Program-made: the position numbers and the translations under genes
Part shown: one piece after another, positions 52,820 through 64,000 of the stretch
How the letters are laid out: each line of letters starts with the position of its first letter
Position numbering within the stretch: position 1 is the first letter of the stretch
Notes under the pieces: model-generated
Told to the model about the DNA's origin: nothing
What the model saw: only the letters and a program-made list of their open reading frames with translations
Database searches by the model: none
NCBI RefSeq assembly: GCF_964204645.1
Contig: NC_134026.1
Location: 24,276,150-24,340,149, forward strand
Source: Tubulanus polymorphus
Taxonomy: Eukaryota > Animalia > Nemertea
Length of the DNA: 64,000 nucleotides
Reading direction: 5' to 3'

Positions 52820-53368
52820 GTAAGCAATGAAATGAATGCGTCGAACACGCTTGGTTGAACAATCATTGGATTAATCTTCGTAGTTCGGCAGAAATCGATC
52901 GCGTTTGTTAATTCGTAATTTAACGCTGTTTATTGCAATGCGACAAGTGCTCGAAATTCCATTTCACAAATGGAACTTAATTAAGCTCCACAGACATATG
53001 TCCAAAAACGGGTTTAAGAATAAGCTGGTCTTATTTTGTTGAATTGTTTGTACATGTACAAGCAAAGTAATCGGGGCTCGGTTCCATAGCCATGGCTTAG
53101 ACTAAAGACAAGCAGCCAGTTGCTCAGAAGTCGGTTAGAGTTAACCAGTGGATAGTTAGACAATTAAAGATTCCTTGTTACTGTGGTATTTATCCGCCCG
53201 TTATCTTGAACAAACTTTTGAGCTACCATCCCCTGTGTAAGATCATCTATGTTCTATAGCCAATCCAACAAATTGAAACCAGTCTTAAGACCTTTAGACT
53301 TACGATTTGACCATGTAACTGGGCCAGGTCTTGACCATTATTGAATGAAGTCATGTATATGATTGTAG

Positions 53369-53579
53369 GTAATACAGATGTTTCGAGGATGTAAACACGA
53401 AGATATGCCACCTCATATTTACGCCGCTGCTCAATCAGCGTACAAAATAATGCTCGCCACGAAACACGACCAGTCATTGATATTCCTTGGACGTAGCGGT
53501 AGTGGAAAAACTACAAATCTTCGTCACGCTATCAACTACCTGATGGTGACGACTAACAGCCCACATTCATTAGTCACAT
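53369..53579 (+). CDS. MYO18A: MYO18A exon with P-loop (VIQMFRGCK...PPHIYA...GRSGSGKT)
   Basis: ttgtag| ... |GTAAGT; 211 nt, phase 0/1. Confidence 0.93.
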
Positions 53580-53943
53580 GTAAGTGGAGTCCTCAACCTG
53601 CACAACATACGGTTTCTCCCGTCCACAGACCTCTACTCACGCATATTCAAGTAATCAGTCATTACTACAGTTACTGCTCCATTCATGAGGATACACAATT
53701 ATCAAAAATATACTGATAAAATGTAATACTAAATTCATTCTCATCACTGGCATGATATTTGAGTATTGATAATCTTTGAGTGTATTGCATGTTTCGGTTC
53801 CAGTGTTAAGTTACTGAGGTAAATCTAAATCTGTTCTTAAAACGATTCAGATAAGTTTTAAATACAGTGTTTACTCCTTTTTGGAATGTAGCTTTTGGTT
53901 TTATTTCCTAGCATTTGTTTGAAAACCTTGTTTCTCGTTTCAG

Positions 53944-54086
53944 TGGACAAGATTCATGCTGTGTTCATTTTGTTAGAAGCATTCGGTCACACACGCACTA
54001 TTCAGAATAGCAACGCCTCACGCTTTATGCAGCTTTTTTCGATTGATTTTGATCATTCCGGACAAATAGCATCTGCATCGATTCAG
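53944..54086 (+). CDS. MYO18A: MYO18A exon with switch I (LEAFGHTRTIQNSNASRF...ASASIQ)
   Basis: tttcag| ... CAG|GTATCT; 143 nt, phase 1/0. Confidence 0.94.
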
Positions 54087-54225
54087 GTATCTGTTTTATC
54101 ATGCTTTACACAAAAACAGTATTCCAGATAGTAATCATTGCTCCACATCTTCAGCTTATATCCGATCTATTATGTGTGTAATAAATTGCGGATCGCATTA
54201 ATTTATTGGTTTCTTTTTGAAATAG

Positions 54226-54326
54226 ATATCTTTGCTTGAAAAGACCAGACTGATACGACGCCCTGAAGGTGAACCAACTTTCCATGTTTTTTATCAAATG
54301 TTAGCTGGGTTAGACAGTCAAATGAA
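54226..54326 (+). CDS. MYO18A: MYO18A motor exon ([28 protein letters not shown])
   Basis: aatag| ... |GTAAGT; 101 nt, phase 0/2; myosin LLEK.R and FHVFY motifs. Confidence 0.93.
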
Positions 54327-54654
54327 GTAAGTTGAGCAATTACTAACTGATGATTCTTACGAGCAATTGAGCTATTGGTAAAAGTTTTGGCAGTGTTCAC
54401 ATATAGTTATGAAGCTATGATATGATTAGCTTAATGGGCGAATGCATAATTAACAATTAGCTGATATTGGATGATATCAATATGTTTAATTGTAAAGCTA
54501 TTTCGCATCTTTTATCCATCTCTCTTTTCACGAACCATTTAGTTAATCTTTTTCTCTTAGAGAATTCCATTGTGTGATCTAGACTTCATAGCAATGTTAT
54601 TTTTTACGTGCTTTCAGCAGATTATTCTGTACGTGTATATTATTTTCGCTGCAG

Positions 54655-54715
54655 GAATGAACTTCACCTCGCTTCTCTGAATGAACCCAACGCTTTCATG
54701 ACACCTCTGCTAAGG
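54655..54715 (+). CDS. MYO18A: MYO18A motor exon (NELHLASLNEPNAFMTPLLR)
   Basis: ctgcag| ... AGG|GTAAGC; 61 nt, phase 2/0. Confidence 0.9.
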
Positions 54716-56474
54716 GTAAGCGATTGTTTACATTCGTTTAACGGCATGTTCGAATAACTAACAACAAACTGGCATCCAGGAAATGTATCAACAGTTACTG
54801 ATGAAGTATCTCCACTACAAATTACCACCATCAGAAAATTAATGGGCAGTGGTATAACACAGGCAGCACAAAATCAAATGAAAGGAACTGAAAACAATAT
54901 TTCAGATTGGCTGAGAATCTCAGAAATGATTTACCTAAGATTGTATTTTCACTATTCTTTAGGTTATCCATTCAGTACAGTGTTTTTGGCTAACATGCAA
55001 CTTACTGGCATACTCCTCACATTGTCTTATCTTTGTTCTTACGCAAGAAAATCTGAGCTTTCAGTATCGAATTGAAAATGTGGTTTCAATGAGTTCATTT
55101 ATAAGCCTACCTGCTGAGTATATCTTCTATGGATAAATACATCTGTGAGCGCTGGAATTTTTTCGCAGCTGCCAGTGAGGAAAAGCTTAGTGTGGCAAAA
55201 ATGTTCATGCATCTTTATTTCAGAGCGGAGTAAATACTTACCTGCGTTATCAGACCTTTCTTGTTTATGGAATGTTGAAGAAATGTTTGGAAAAAGGACT
55301 GACAATGTGAAAGGCAAATATTGTTAACCTGAATTTTTAATTCAACCGACTGTGATGAGGGTGGATTTCTTATCTTACAGGGAACGGGATGTAACTCCAT
55401 TGATGCTCTCCATCTTCCTCGTTATAACCTTATAACCTAGAATCTTATTCTCATTTGAACATTTTGTTGTTTTATACTTATAGAAACTTAAAGTTCAAAC
55501 TGTGAGTAATGAAAGCCATGTGCATTCAACTTATCAGATATTCTATGAAGAATGATTTGACGAAATCCTGATGATTTATCCTTGCTAAATTTCCCACAAC
55601 CTTGGCTTATGACCAATGATTTATTCATGTTTGATGGATGTGATTTAGTAGAATCTTCGAGCAAATGCCTCCCTGCTGACAACAAGCCTATTATTCTAAA
55701 TTCATAAGTTTTGATTATGATTCTGATTATTACCTCCCAAGTCTCATATCAAGGTAGAATCGGTCTTGAGACATATTTTAATAGTAGGTGACTAAGAACC
55801 ATTAGTGCCAGTCTAGTTTTTATTCCCAGTACTTTTCTATCTCTTTGATATCAGCTCAGACACGTGCTATAAAACGATAGAAGGAAAAGATAGCTTTATT
55901 ATTTACTGTCTCGAGGAGGAAGGCTCTTATTCGTGTTGACTGGTCTTTGAAATTGAATCTCGCAACAATCATTTTCTGCATCATAATGATCTGTTGTTCG
56001 GTACTGCCCTCTTTCTTCCTGTCTATGATGAATATCGCACTTGATTAATTCCCGATGAGAATATCAGTATTTGTTCAATACTGTAGCCGCAATCGTACAA
56101 GCGTTTTTGGCCAAATATAGCCTGTGCCGAATTTGGGCCGACCAAAAACGTCCCACTAGGCTCGAGCAAGATTATTGCATGTAAATTGCTTCTGATTCCG
56201 GAAGTGACTCACTTTGTTTTGTCATGGCATTGTTTAGTATCGAGTGAGTGGTTCATGTGTGAACGCGCACTCTAATTAGGCATGGACCAAATTTGACTCA
56301 AGCCTGATCCGGGCCCAGGCCAAATCTTTTTTGTGTGGTTCCAGCTTAAAATTCATTATATCTGACATTCTAGTGAAATATTCAAATTTCAGTTTGAGCT
56401 GATTGTCCTTAGAATATCAATAGATGTGAATAATCAGGAACACCTTTGCATTATTTCAGCCAGAAATACCTACT

Positions 56475-56520
56475 TTATAATCTATGGTGCTTTGTTTTAT
56501 AATCTATGGCACTTTGTTTT
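56475..56520. repeat. Two-copy 22-bp tandem repeat
   Basis: TTATAATCTATGGTGCTTTGTT followed by TTATAATCTATGGCACTTTGTT. Confidence 0.8.
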
Positions 56521-58271
56521 TTGTTCACTGGCATTTTTTGCCTTTGATCTGGTTTTCTGTGACATATTAAGATAAAAGGATTATTACTTAATGTTATTCG
56601 ATACAAAAGCTGAAATTGCTCTTGGAAAAATGTGAATGCCGTCGGGTGATCCAAGTTTTTCCAAATATTGTGAGTCATGTGCATGTTATTGATTTGAAGG
56701 CTCATGACATGATATTGTATATTACACCTGTGGCTCCTTATATAGGTTTTCGCAATCATTTGCTGAAATCCAAATATTTTACATCCATGATACTCTTATT
56801 TCATATTCCGGTGTCAGTATGCATGGTAGACAGCCAGCATGCGGGTCAAAACACTCGGTACACATATTACTCGTCTGACGATGAAACGATACTGAGATGG
56901 CCCCTGAGTGCTTTGTCAATAATAATAGTGTGTGAGGAGCGAACCACGTATTAACTGCACTCTGCTCATTGAAAACTGATTTTCATCAGACGAGATACTG
57001 CGTGTAGATAGCATGTAATATGTATGAATTCATGACTGGATCATGCTGGTGCGACAGCAGTTATTCAAAAGTTAATTTGCTGCTCAGCTATATCCTCCTA
57101 TATGTGATAGACTAATAAAAACTGTTTGTCTAATTAATGACATCCATAACATCGATTTCTCTACGATAGAATGTTAGACTCTAGACAGCTGAAATATAAG
57201 AGTTTTTGGGCCGAGCTGAAGAGCTTAGACTAGACGATGTGAAACGAACAAATAGTTTGGTTCTATCGGAGTATTGCAGTGGTAGATAACACCATTTAAC
57301 AAGTGTAATCTTATACATAGGGGTCATATACTGGTAATTGTAATGAAAAAATTCTTGTAATACTCAATTCTAAAAAATTTGTTTATATATTCTTAGTTTA
57401 TGCTTTTGGCGCCTAGAATTGAAGATCTACCGTGATGTAATTGATGTTTTTACATTCAAACAAAATTCTCCCTGAAACACTGGCATTTTCGACGGATTGA
57501 TTTCCTTAATGGAGCAGATATTTGATTTATCCTCGCCGACACGGCGCTAAATAATTGATTAGTAATGAGTATTTCTAACAATAGTTGATTAATAATTGAT
57601 AATTTTTGTGATTGATATGCCTTGCTCACGTTTGAATTTTATTCTCCTGGGTGACGACAACTTGAAGTGAACATTTGATCATTTTTCACTACACGTGCTT
57701 AGCTGTTTATGCCCACATCGTAAAATAGCGAGTTTAATCAGTTTTATGGGCAGAACTTTAATAGATGATAAAATGATCACTTGAAGTTTTATTCCAGTTG
57801 AAAGCCTAGTCTAGGAGACGTTGAATCGTTTTTAGTTATTCTTATCGAGGCAATGGAAAAAAATTGTTGTTCAATGAGTTTCAATTTAACACAAAGAACT
57901 TAATGGCAACAATTATGAAAATTAAACTTAAGTCCATTCATGAAATGAAGGCTAATGGGATGAACGTTGTATTCATTGTATTTGAATAACTGATGGTTTT
58001 GTGTAAAATGGGTGGAGTTTTCAAATGGCCTATTCAGAGAGTTGAAATAGATTTTTAGATGGCCCCTCAGCGTGTGGCTGGCGGCTGTTGAGTCTGATAC
58101 GTTTATTTGTAAAATGTCTGTTACACCACTAGGGGAATTTGAAAGCGTTATAACTTCTTTTTTTGTGAATGCTTAACTTAGAAGTGAAATCGCATTGATG
58201 AAATGACGAGAATTTAATTAAAAGTAATCCTGTATATTTGATTCTTACCTCAAAAATTATTGTCACTACAG

Positions 58272-58416
58272 CCTGAAGAGAAACAGAAAGCAGCTCAAGC
58301 ATGGGCAAAAATACAGCATGCTCTGAATACAATTGAATCAACAGATGAAGAGGCCAGAGCAATATTCGCTGTCCTAGCCGGTATTTATCATCTCGGAGTT
58401 GCTGGCGCCAATATGG
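58272..58416 (+). CDS. MYO18A: MYO18A motor exon (PEEKQKAAQAW...VLAGIYHLGVAGA)
   Basis: ctacag| ... |GTGAGT; 145 nt, phase 0/1. Confidence 0.93.
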
Positions 58417-58751
58417 GTGAGTTATAATACATGTATTACAAGTGACAAGTTGACACATAGTCACGTTTACTGCTAAGTTGTTCGTGGCTGCTACATTTTA
58501 TTTACCTCGGGGATAATTTCATAGTCAGTTGTCTGGAGAATAGCTAAACATATTGATTCGTAAAAATGAGCTATGAATATAAAATCAATTTATCTTAATA
58601 ACGCTTTTGTTAGTTGTTTGTGAAGATGGTTAGTAATTTTGGCACAAAAAATTCTATAAAAAGTTATTCTTAACCCTAAAGCATGTAGGAATTCGGCCTT
58701 TGCTGGTTGAATCTGCCAACGTTCTAATGCAAATCTTTTATTTTCTTTCAG

Positions 58752-58890
58752 GTGCCAATAACAAGCCACAGTTTGCCAACCCTAATGGTGCTCAGAAAGC
58801 TGCTTTTGTTCTTGGTCTTGATGTTGAGGAACTTGGTAGAAATGTCTTCACGCCAAATCTTACTCCAGGCACTGTTCGTGGACCCCGAAG
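58752..58890 (+). CDS. MYO18A: MYO18A motor exon (GANNKPQFANPNGAQKAAFVLG...EELGRNVF)
   Basis: ttctttcag| ... AAG|GTATGG; 139 nt, phase 1/2. Confidence 0.92.
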
Positions 58891-61061
58891 GTATGGCATA
58901 TTCTCATACGATAGTTCCTATGAAACTAAGTTGTATGAAAAATGGTTTCGTTAATGTTGTTGATTCTGGAATAGGGAACTTGCTTAATACTGAGGCGTAA
59001 TCTTGCGAGTTGATTGCAGATTCATTAATTTGCCATGCATTTCAATGCATGTTAAACGAAATACATTTCAATTCGATTTAAATCTCAAAGGTTTGTTCAT
59101 TACTTGTACATTAATGATGTTTCATCGCAGCTGAAATCTAACGGCAATTGAGAATGAAAAGTCAACATTATTATAACATCAGTCCTGGGTACTCAGTTAA
59201 GTCATTTCATATCAAGTGACTTGAATCTGTAAAAAGAAGCCTTTGTCCAAGTTTGTCTTTTTCTCAATGGAGATGAATGCACGCAAAGCAAATGGTGTTG
59301 TTTCTTATTAGTATGGTTTCTATTTATCAATTTAAGATATTGAATTACCCTTGATGTTTTTCTTGATACACTCAGATTTTTATAGTGTCTCTGTTTGCTA
59401 TCCATGTGGGCCAGATAGAAACCTGATAGCCTCCACGGTATACATCACTTAATGACTACTGTGCAGTTATGAGGCACTTAGCGGGATCACAGCGATGTCA
59501 GTTGCTTGTAGAAAGCACAAACCTCGACAGGCTAAAAACGTCTCTCGCTTTACTTCTGCGTCAGTTGTTAGGTGATTTTTTGCTAGTGATCAACACATCT
59601 CATTTTTTCCTGCTACTTATCCAGTGTACCATTATACATTGTACTTATTACTTATTCTATTGGCATTCAATTTAATTACGATTGCCCTAAATTACGGAAC
59701 CTCCCTGATGACAGTAATAATACTTGTTTCAAGCATCATTTATGCTTGTTCTCGTTACTTTTAAGCTCGGGGCTCACGAGTGAATCTTTTTGCCTGATGG
59801 TGACTACTGAATTCACCAGTGAATTTATACGCCCGATGAGGAACGGGCACACGTAGCCCTCAATACTGATATTTCGACAGCGTATGCCGCTTATGGCAGC
59901 CATTTTAGCAAAAAGCAAGTGATCCAATCGGTGGCTTGAGTAATCGCCCAAAAATACTAAACATTTTTGAAATGGGCAAATTCGGCTGACAAAATTGTCA
60001 TTGGCGTGAAGGGGGCACATAGCTGATTTTTTGGGGCAAATATGAATTTGCTGCAATTGTGCAAAAATACACTTACGCATCCCCAACCTTTAGTCAATGT
60101 GAAACAGATGTTATCATCAGAATTTTTGCTTTCTCAGAGACCATCCATATGTGTAGAAATTATGATATTCATTATGTGTTGGCTTAGAGAATCTTAATCC
60201 TGCCATTTCGACTACTTATTAAATTGCTAATTGCGGCATATAAAAGCCGCTGGGGACTGAATTGTCCTTATAAATTATTCAATAATCCTTCTATCAATAC
60301 ATGATCGGAGACAAATTCCCGGGGCAGGCAGTTGGACATGTGCTGAATACCGACGGCAGTGGTAACATGCGTTCAGACGTAATGATTCTAATAAACGCAA
60401 CCAATATTTCCCCAGTTTGGACAATGTATACCTGGCGAGTTCTTACAAGTATTACCAATGTTAACAATGCTTACATCCGTAGATAACAGCCATTTAGATG
60501 GACCAGTTTTTCCACTCAACAATGTGAACTGGCAGACAAATGAATGGAGCTATGCTTTGCCCAATCAAAGAATTCTCACTACTGTGTGGAGGCATAAACC
60601 TCGCTCTTGTCATGAATCAAAGTAGATTGTTCCCTTTGTGTCTGCTGGCTTGAAAGTGGTATTTCTTATTCACATAAATAAGAGCCTAAGACACATTATA
60701 GAGAGTTATCACCATCCATTAAAGTTATTCAGCCCTATTAATGATTATGCACTGGAGCACTGGAGTTTCATCATTTTTTTCGAGGGGTTTGTTTAGAGTG
60801 GACTATTAAGCATCCTCCACCAAGGAACCTCCTCATTGGGGGTTTGTCAAGCCTCAAAGAAATTACTTTTACCATTGAAACCCACACAAACACATAATAA
60901 GTCCAATAAAACACTACTTTTCTATATACTAACTCGCTGGTAATCTGTCTCTAATAGATATTATGCCCTTGTCTGATCTAGTCTTTATCTTAATGTTGTC
61001 CATCACGGCAAATTGCTCGAATTTGCACAGTATCGTAATTTTCATGTTTTGTTCATTTCAG

Positions 61062-61202
61062 GGCACCGAATTCACTTTCCCCGAATGCCAGCAAAGATCA
61101 GTCATCCCAAGATTTAGACATGACTCCGATAGAATATTTGGAAGGTTTCGTAGTTGGCTTATACCAGGAAATGTTCAATGCCTTACTGAATATCATCAAT
61201 CG
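61062..61202 (+). CDS. MYO18A: MYO18A motor exon (...EYLEGFVVGLYQEMFNALLNIINR)
   Basis: atttcag| ... |GTAAGT; 141 nt, phase 2/2. Confidence 0.93.
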
Positions 61203-61434
61203 GTAAGTTTGATGATTATTTCATATCCTTTCGCATTTGAAAGAACAGCAGTACTATTATATACTCACAGGCTGTATCCTAATATCCAAAAAAAAAGTGA
61301 ATACTACTAACTGTGGCGTCATGTCATTAAGCCAGATGTATCAGGTGACAGACTTCCATTGGTGTAGAGCTAATATTCACTGATTGAGTGAAGAGCAATT
61401 ACTGCTGTTATAATTGTGTTAGCGGATATAATAC

Positions 61435-61482
61435 ATATATATGTATATATATATATATTCTACTCTATATATATATATATAT
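61435..61482. repeat. Interrupted (TA)n microsatellite
   Basis: Two TA runs separated by TTCTACTC. Confidence 0.9.
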
Positions 61483-61572
61483 TTGTCTTGGATATTGATA
61501 AGATGGTCTACTTTTTTTTAGATGGGCTATTTGAATAAGGCCTATGTATAGATTGATTTGATTTTTTTTCAG

Positions 61573-61765
61573 TTCTTTAGCCTCTAATGTACGAATAGTA
61601 AACTCAATTACAATCGCCGACGGGCCTGGTTTTCAAAATCCAGTCAGCTGCGGCCGGGAATCCGGAGCGACTTTTGAAGATCTGTGCTATAACTATTGTC
61701 AAGAACGCTTACAACTTCTTTTCCACGAGAACATCTTCACGCAACAACAGGACAGATACGTACAG
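61573..61765 (+). CDS. MYO18A: MYO18A exon with switch II/relay helix (DGPGFQNP...TFEDLCYNYCQERLQLLFH)
   Basis: tttttcag| ... CAG|GTAGTT; 193 nt, phase 2/0. Confidence 0.95.
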
Positions 61766-62121
61766 GTAGTTAGACGTACAGTATCACATGCATCGTCGCC
61801 GTCATGTCGTTAAGAATATTCCATTTGAAGTAGCTTGTATAAAGTTAATCATCGTCACGATCGATGAAATTCTTCTCGAGCTGAGAATGGATGTGTCTGC
61901 GTCTGTTTAATCATAATCTAGGGTAGAGCACACCGGGTGTACACAAATCTCCCTAGCATCCTACCGTTAATCAATATTCACCATATCATCTACGCTGGTT
62001 AAACCTCTCTATGAAAGATGAAAAATGCGATTGGAAATCGATAATAATTGAGTCTGTTGCTTTAGATTTGAAATGATATTAACAAGTAAAATTTCATACC
62101 ATTTCGTTTTTTATTTGACAG

Positions 62122-62208
62122 GAAAATGTTGAATGTGATTATGACAGTACATTCCCTACTCCGGCACCTATGGTAGAGTTTCTCGATAAGCCTTCGCAGT
62201 CGAGTTTG
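62122..62208 (+). CDS. MYO18A: MYO18A motor exon (ENVECDYDSTFPTPAPMVEFLDKPSQSSL); gene continues beyond the window
   Basis: tttgacag| ... |GTAAGT; 87 nt, phase 0/0. Confidence 0.9.
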
Positions 62209-62834
62209 GTAAGTTAATTGTGGTCGTACCTGCTCTGCACATGCGTGTTGTTGTCACAAATAGAATAAGATAACCTTTAGAAATTGTCATTCTCCTGATT
62301 TTTAGCGATTCTGGTTCTTAAAAGATTGTCAAATTTCCTTCAAAACCCTGTACAGCGTGAGATATATTTCAAGGCTAAATATTGTGGGATTTTTTGTATG
62401 CTTCTGAAATATTTTGTTCAATCTGCTATTCTGATGAGGAAGTAAGCGGATTTGATTTTCAAGTTGTTCGAATCAAGATTCTGAGATGGCCCCTCCAGTG
62501 TATTGTATCTGTATTTGCCGTCTGCTTGAGCTGAGCGGGTTTATTTCACTGCTTAGCGCTGTGACACTGGCTGCCACTGACTACTCGCTGATGGAAAGTT
62601 AATTCTCCTAAGTGGAATAATACACTGCAAAAAACCTATCAGTTATGCACATCTCAGATAAATTTAATTTGTTTTTCGTTTTTATTCATTCGTTCATTTT
62701 AGCTTCATTAATACGACTACAGCTTATTTGATTTAATCTTCAGGCTGCTGATTATTCTATCGCAATGAAGATCTATGCGAGTTTTCTTTACACTTCATTT
62801 CTACCAGTTTTTGATTTTAATGTTTTAAATTCAG

Positions 62835-62873
62835 GTATCGACTGAGTCACCAGTCCACAAACAAATTGATATG
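62835..62873 (+). CDS. Candidate 39-nt cassette exon of MYO18A (VSTESPVHKQIDM)
   Basis: Long T-rich tract then ttcag| ... ATG|GTAACG; open, phase 0/0. Confidence 0.4.
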
Positions 62874-64000
62874 GTAACGAATTTGTTGTTTAATTTCTAT
62901 CAATTTTGATTAGTTCGCCCGTTTTCTGTTCCTCAGTTCACAAGATTTTACCCGGTACCAGGGTCCACCAACACTTCACCTTTATCTCGGTTCAGGTAGC
63001 GCATGAACTGCATCAATAATATTAGCAAGCAAGAAAGCATATTACCAATCAATATGCCGTAATTCATCTAAATTCAACCAGCAATGAACTTGATATACAA
63101 GATTGGCATGGATGTCTGTCTATCAGTCTGTCCTAATCCTTCTGTCTAATCCAAATCTTTCCATCATCAAACTGTTAAATAGAATTGGCTTAATTACTAT
63201 TCCATGTTTGCTGGTGCAAATTGATTTCATTCATTTATTTCGTCAGACTCCTGCTGTTATATAGTTAGATCCGCCCCTGTAGTCGGAAGACACAATTCCT
63301 TAGATATTCACTTACCTTGAATGTCTCCTTCAAAAGCTTCAAAAAGATTTTATTTTAATGAAATCCACTGTACACTTTATGTTCAATAGCGCAAAATTAG
63401 GCGGAAGGTTTACAAAGGGGTTTGCATGTTAAGCAGCATATGAGCTGTGCAAGGAGGTATCCATGTGCCTCAGGGGTAGAGAACTCATTTTCATCATTCA
63501 GTTGAGATTTTTTGCTCACAAATGACCTTAGTCCACCACTTATGGCCTCTAGGTCAACTCAATTCCGCCATTTAACCACAGACTCATCCCGATAAATACC
63601 CTTCCTTATTTTTAAGTTCATTTTAGTGGAAGGAGATTCTTAACTGTTGAGAGATTTGATTCTATGATAGTTTTAACTCTAGCTTTAACTCTACCTTTGT
63701 TCACAATGAAAAGTGTCCATGACATTCCAGTTGAAGGAATCATCTGGAGTATGATTGATGTAGCTAATTCATGTTTTTATCCGAGGCGTAACGTCATACA
63801 TGAACAAAGTCGATAAAACTGATATTGTTAATTCATGCCTCCATTCAATTTGTGCTGAGTGTTATTACTGAGGTTAGGTAATTCAGCTGTGCATAAACAC
63901 ATGTACTTACATCGATGGATTTCATATTTGTCGTAATAATGCTATATTCTAATCACTACTACGTGTAAAAACAACGAGTAGTTGTTTTCTATTGTCGACA

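Noticed and set aside
52990-53330. Possible degenerate MITE (similar candidates at about 32.7-33.0, 36.7-36.85, 56.1-56.35 and 59.9-60.1 kb)
   Set aside because: Repeat-like texture, but termini and TSDs could not be defined without a library search.
55242-55298. Minus-strand 57-nt exon-like segment suggesting a nested antisense gene in MYO18A
   Set aside because: Isolated; no compatible partner exons or recognisable protein found.
54788-56090. Intronic C/D-box snoRNAs (several TGATGA words; another at 62432)
   Set aside because: No convincing terminal stems, suitable C-D spacing or recognisable rRNA antisense elements by eye.
56885-56906. U6 snRNA gene or pseudogene
   Set aside because: Only two short matching blocks with the AAGATTAGC segment missing; no U6 5' stem or 3' end.
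62937-62995. Second cassette exon candidate in MYO18A
   Set aside because: 59 nt (frameshifting) with a weak donor.
1-64000. Prokaryotic operon, CRISPR array, defence system, tRNA or rRNA genes
   Set aside because: The sequence has spliceosomal gene structure and low coding density; no regularly spaced repeats or recognisable structural RNA genes.

Overview
AT-rich, intron-rich eukaryotic DNA from an invertebrate animal (lophotrochozoan-like; the taxon is a guess). Two genes sit head-to-head across a roughly 0.7-0.9 kb promoter at about 44.6-45.6 kb. Minus strand: the 5' part of an AUTS2/FBRSL1/tay-family gene, with five coding exons resolved (all phase 0, including a 30-nt micro-exon), then a >23 kb intron that runs off the left edge. 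That intron holds many CpG-rich patches, a candidate 6-nt micro-exon and a candidate internal first exon. Plus strand: the 5' half of myosin-XVIII (MYO18A-like; KE-rich region, PDZ, SH3-like region, pseudo-motor) with 12 frame-consistent coding exons. It also has a uORF overlapping the start codon, a candidate alternative first exon giving a PDZ-less isoform, a candidate 39-nt cassette exon and a thrice-repeated intronic 11-mer. Mobile remnants: a PIF/Harbinger-type MITE with TTA target duplication, a polyA retro-insertion with a 13-bp TSD, a LINE 3' remnant, a Penelope-like palindrome with a hammerhead-like core, and CAGGGT-ended non-autonomous elements. I see no prokaryotic system, CRISPR array, rRNA or tRNA; most ORF-track entries are chance ORFs. 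Everything was read by eye without searches, and comparisons to human genes are from memory.
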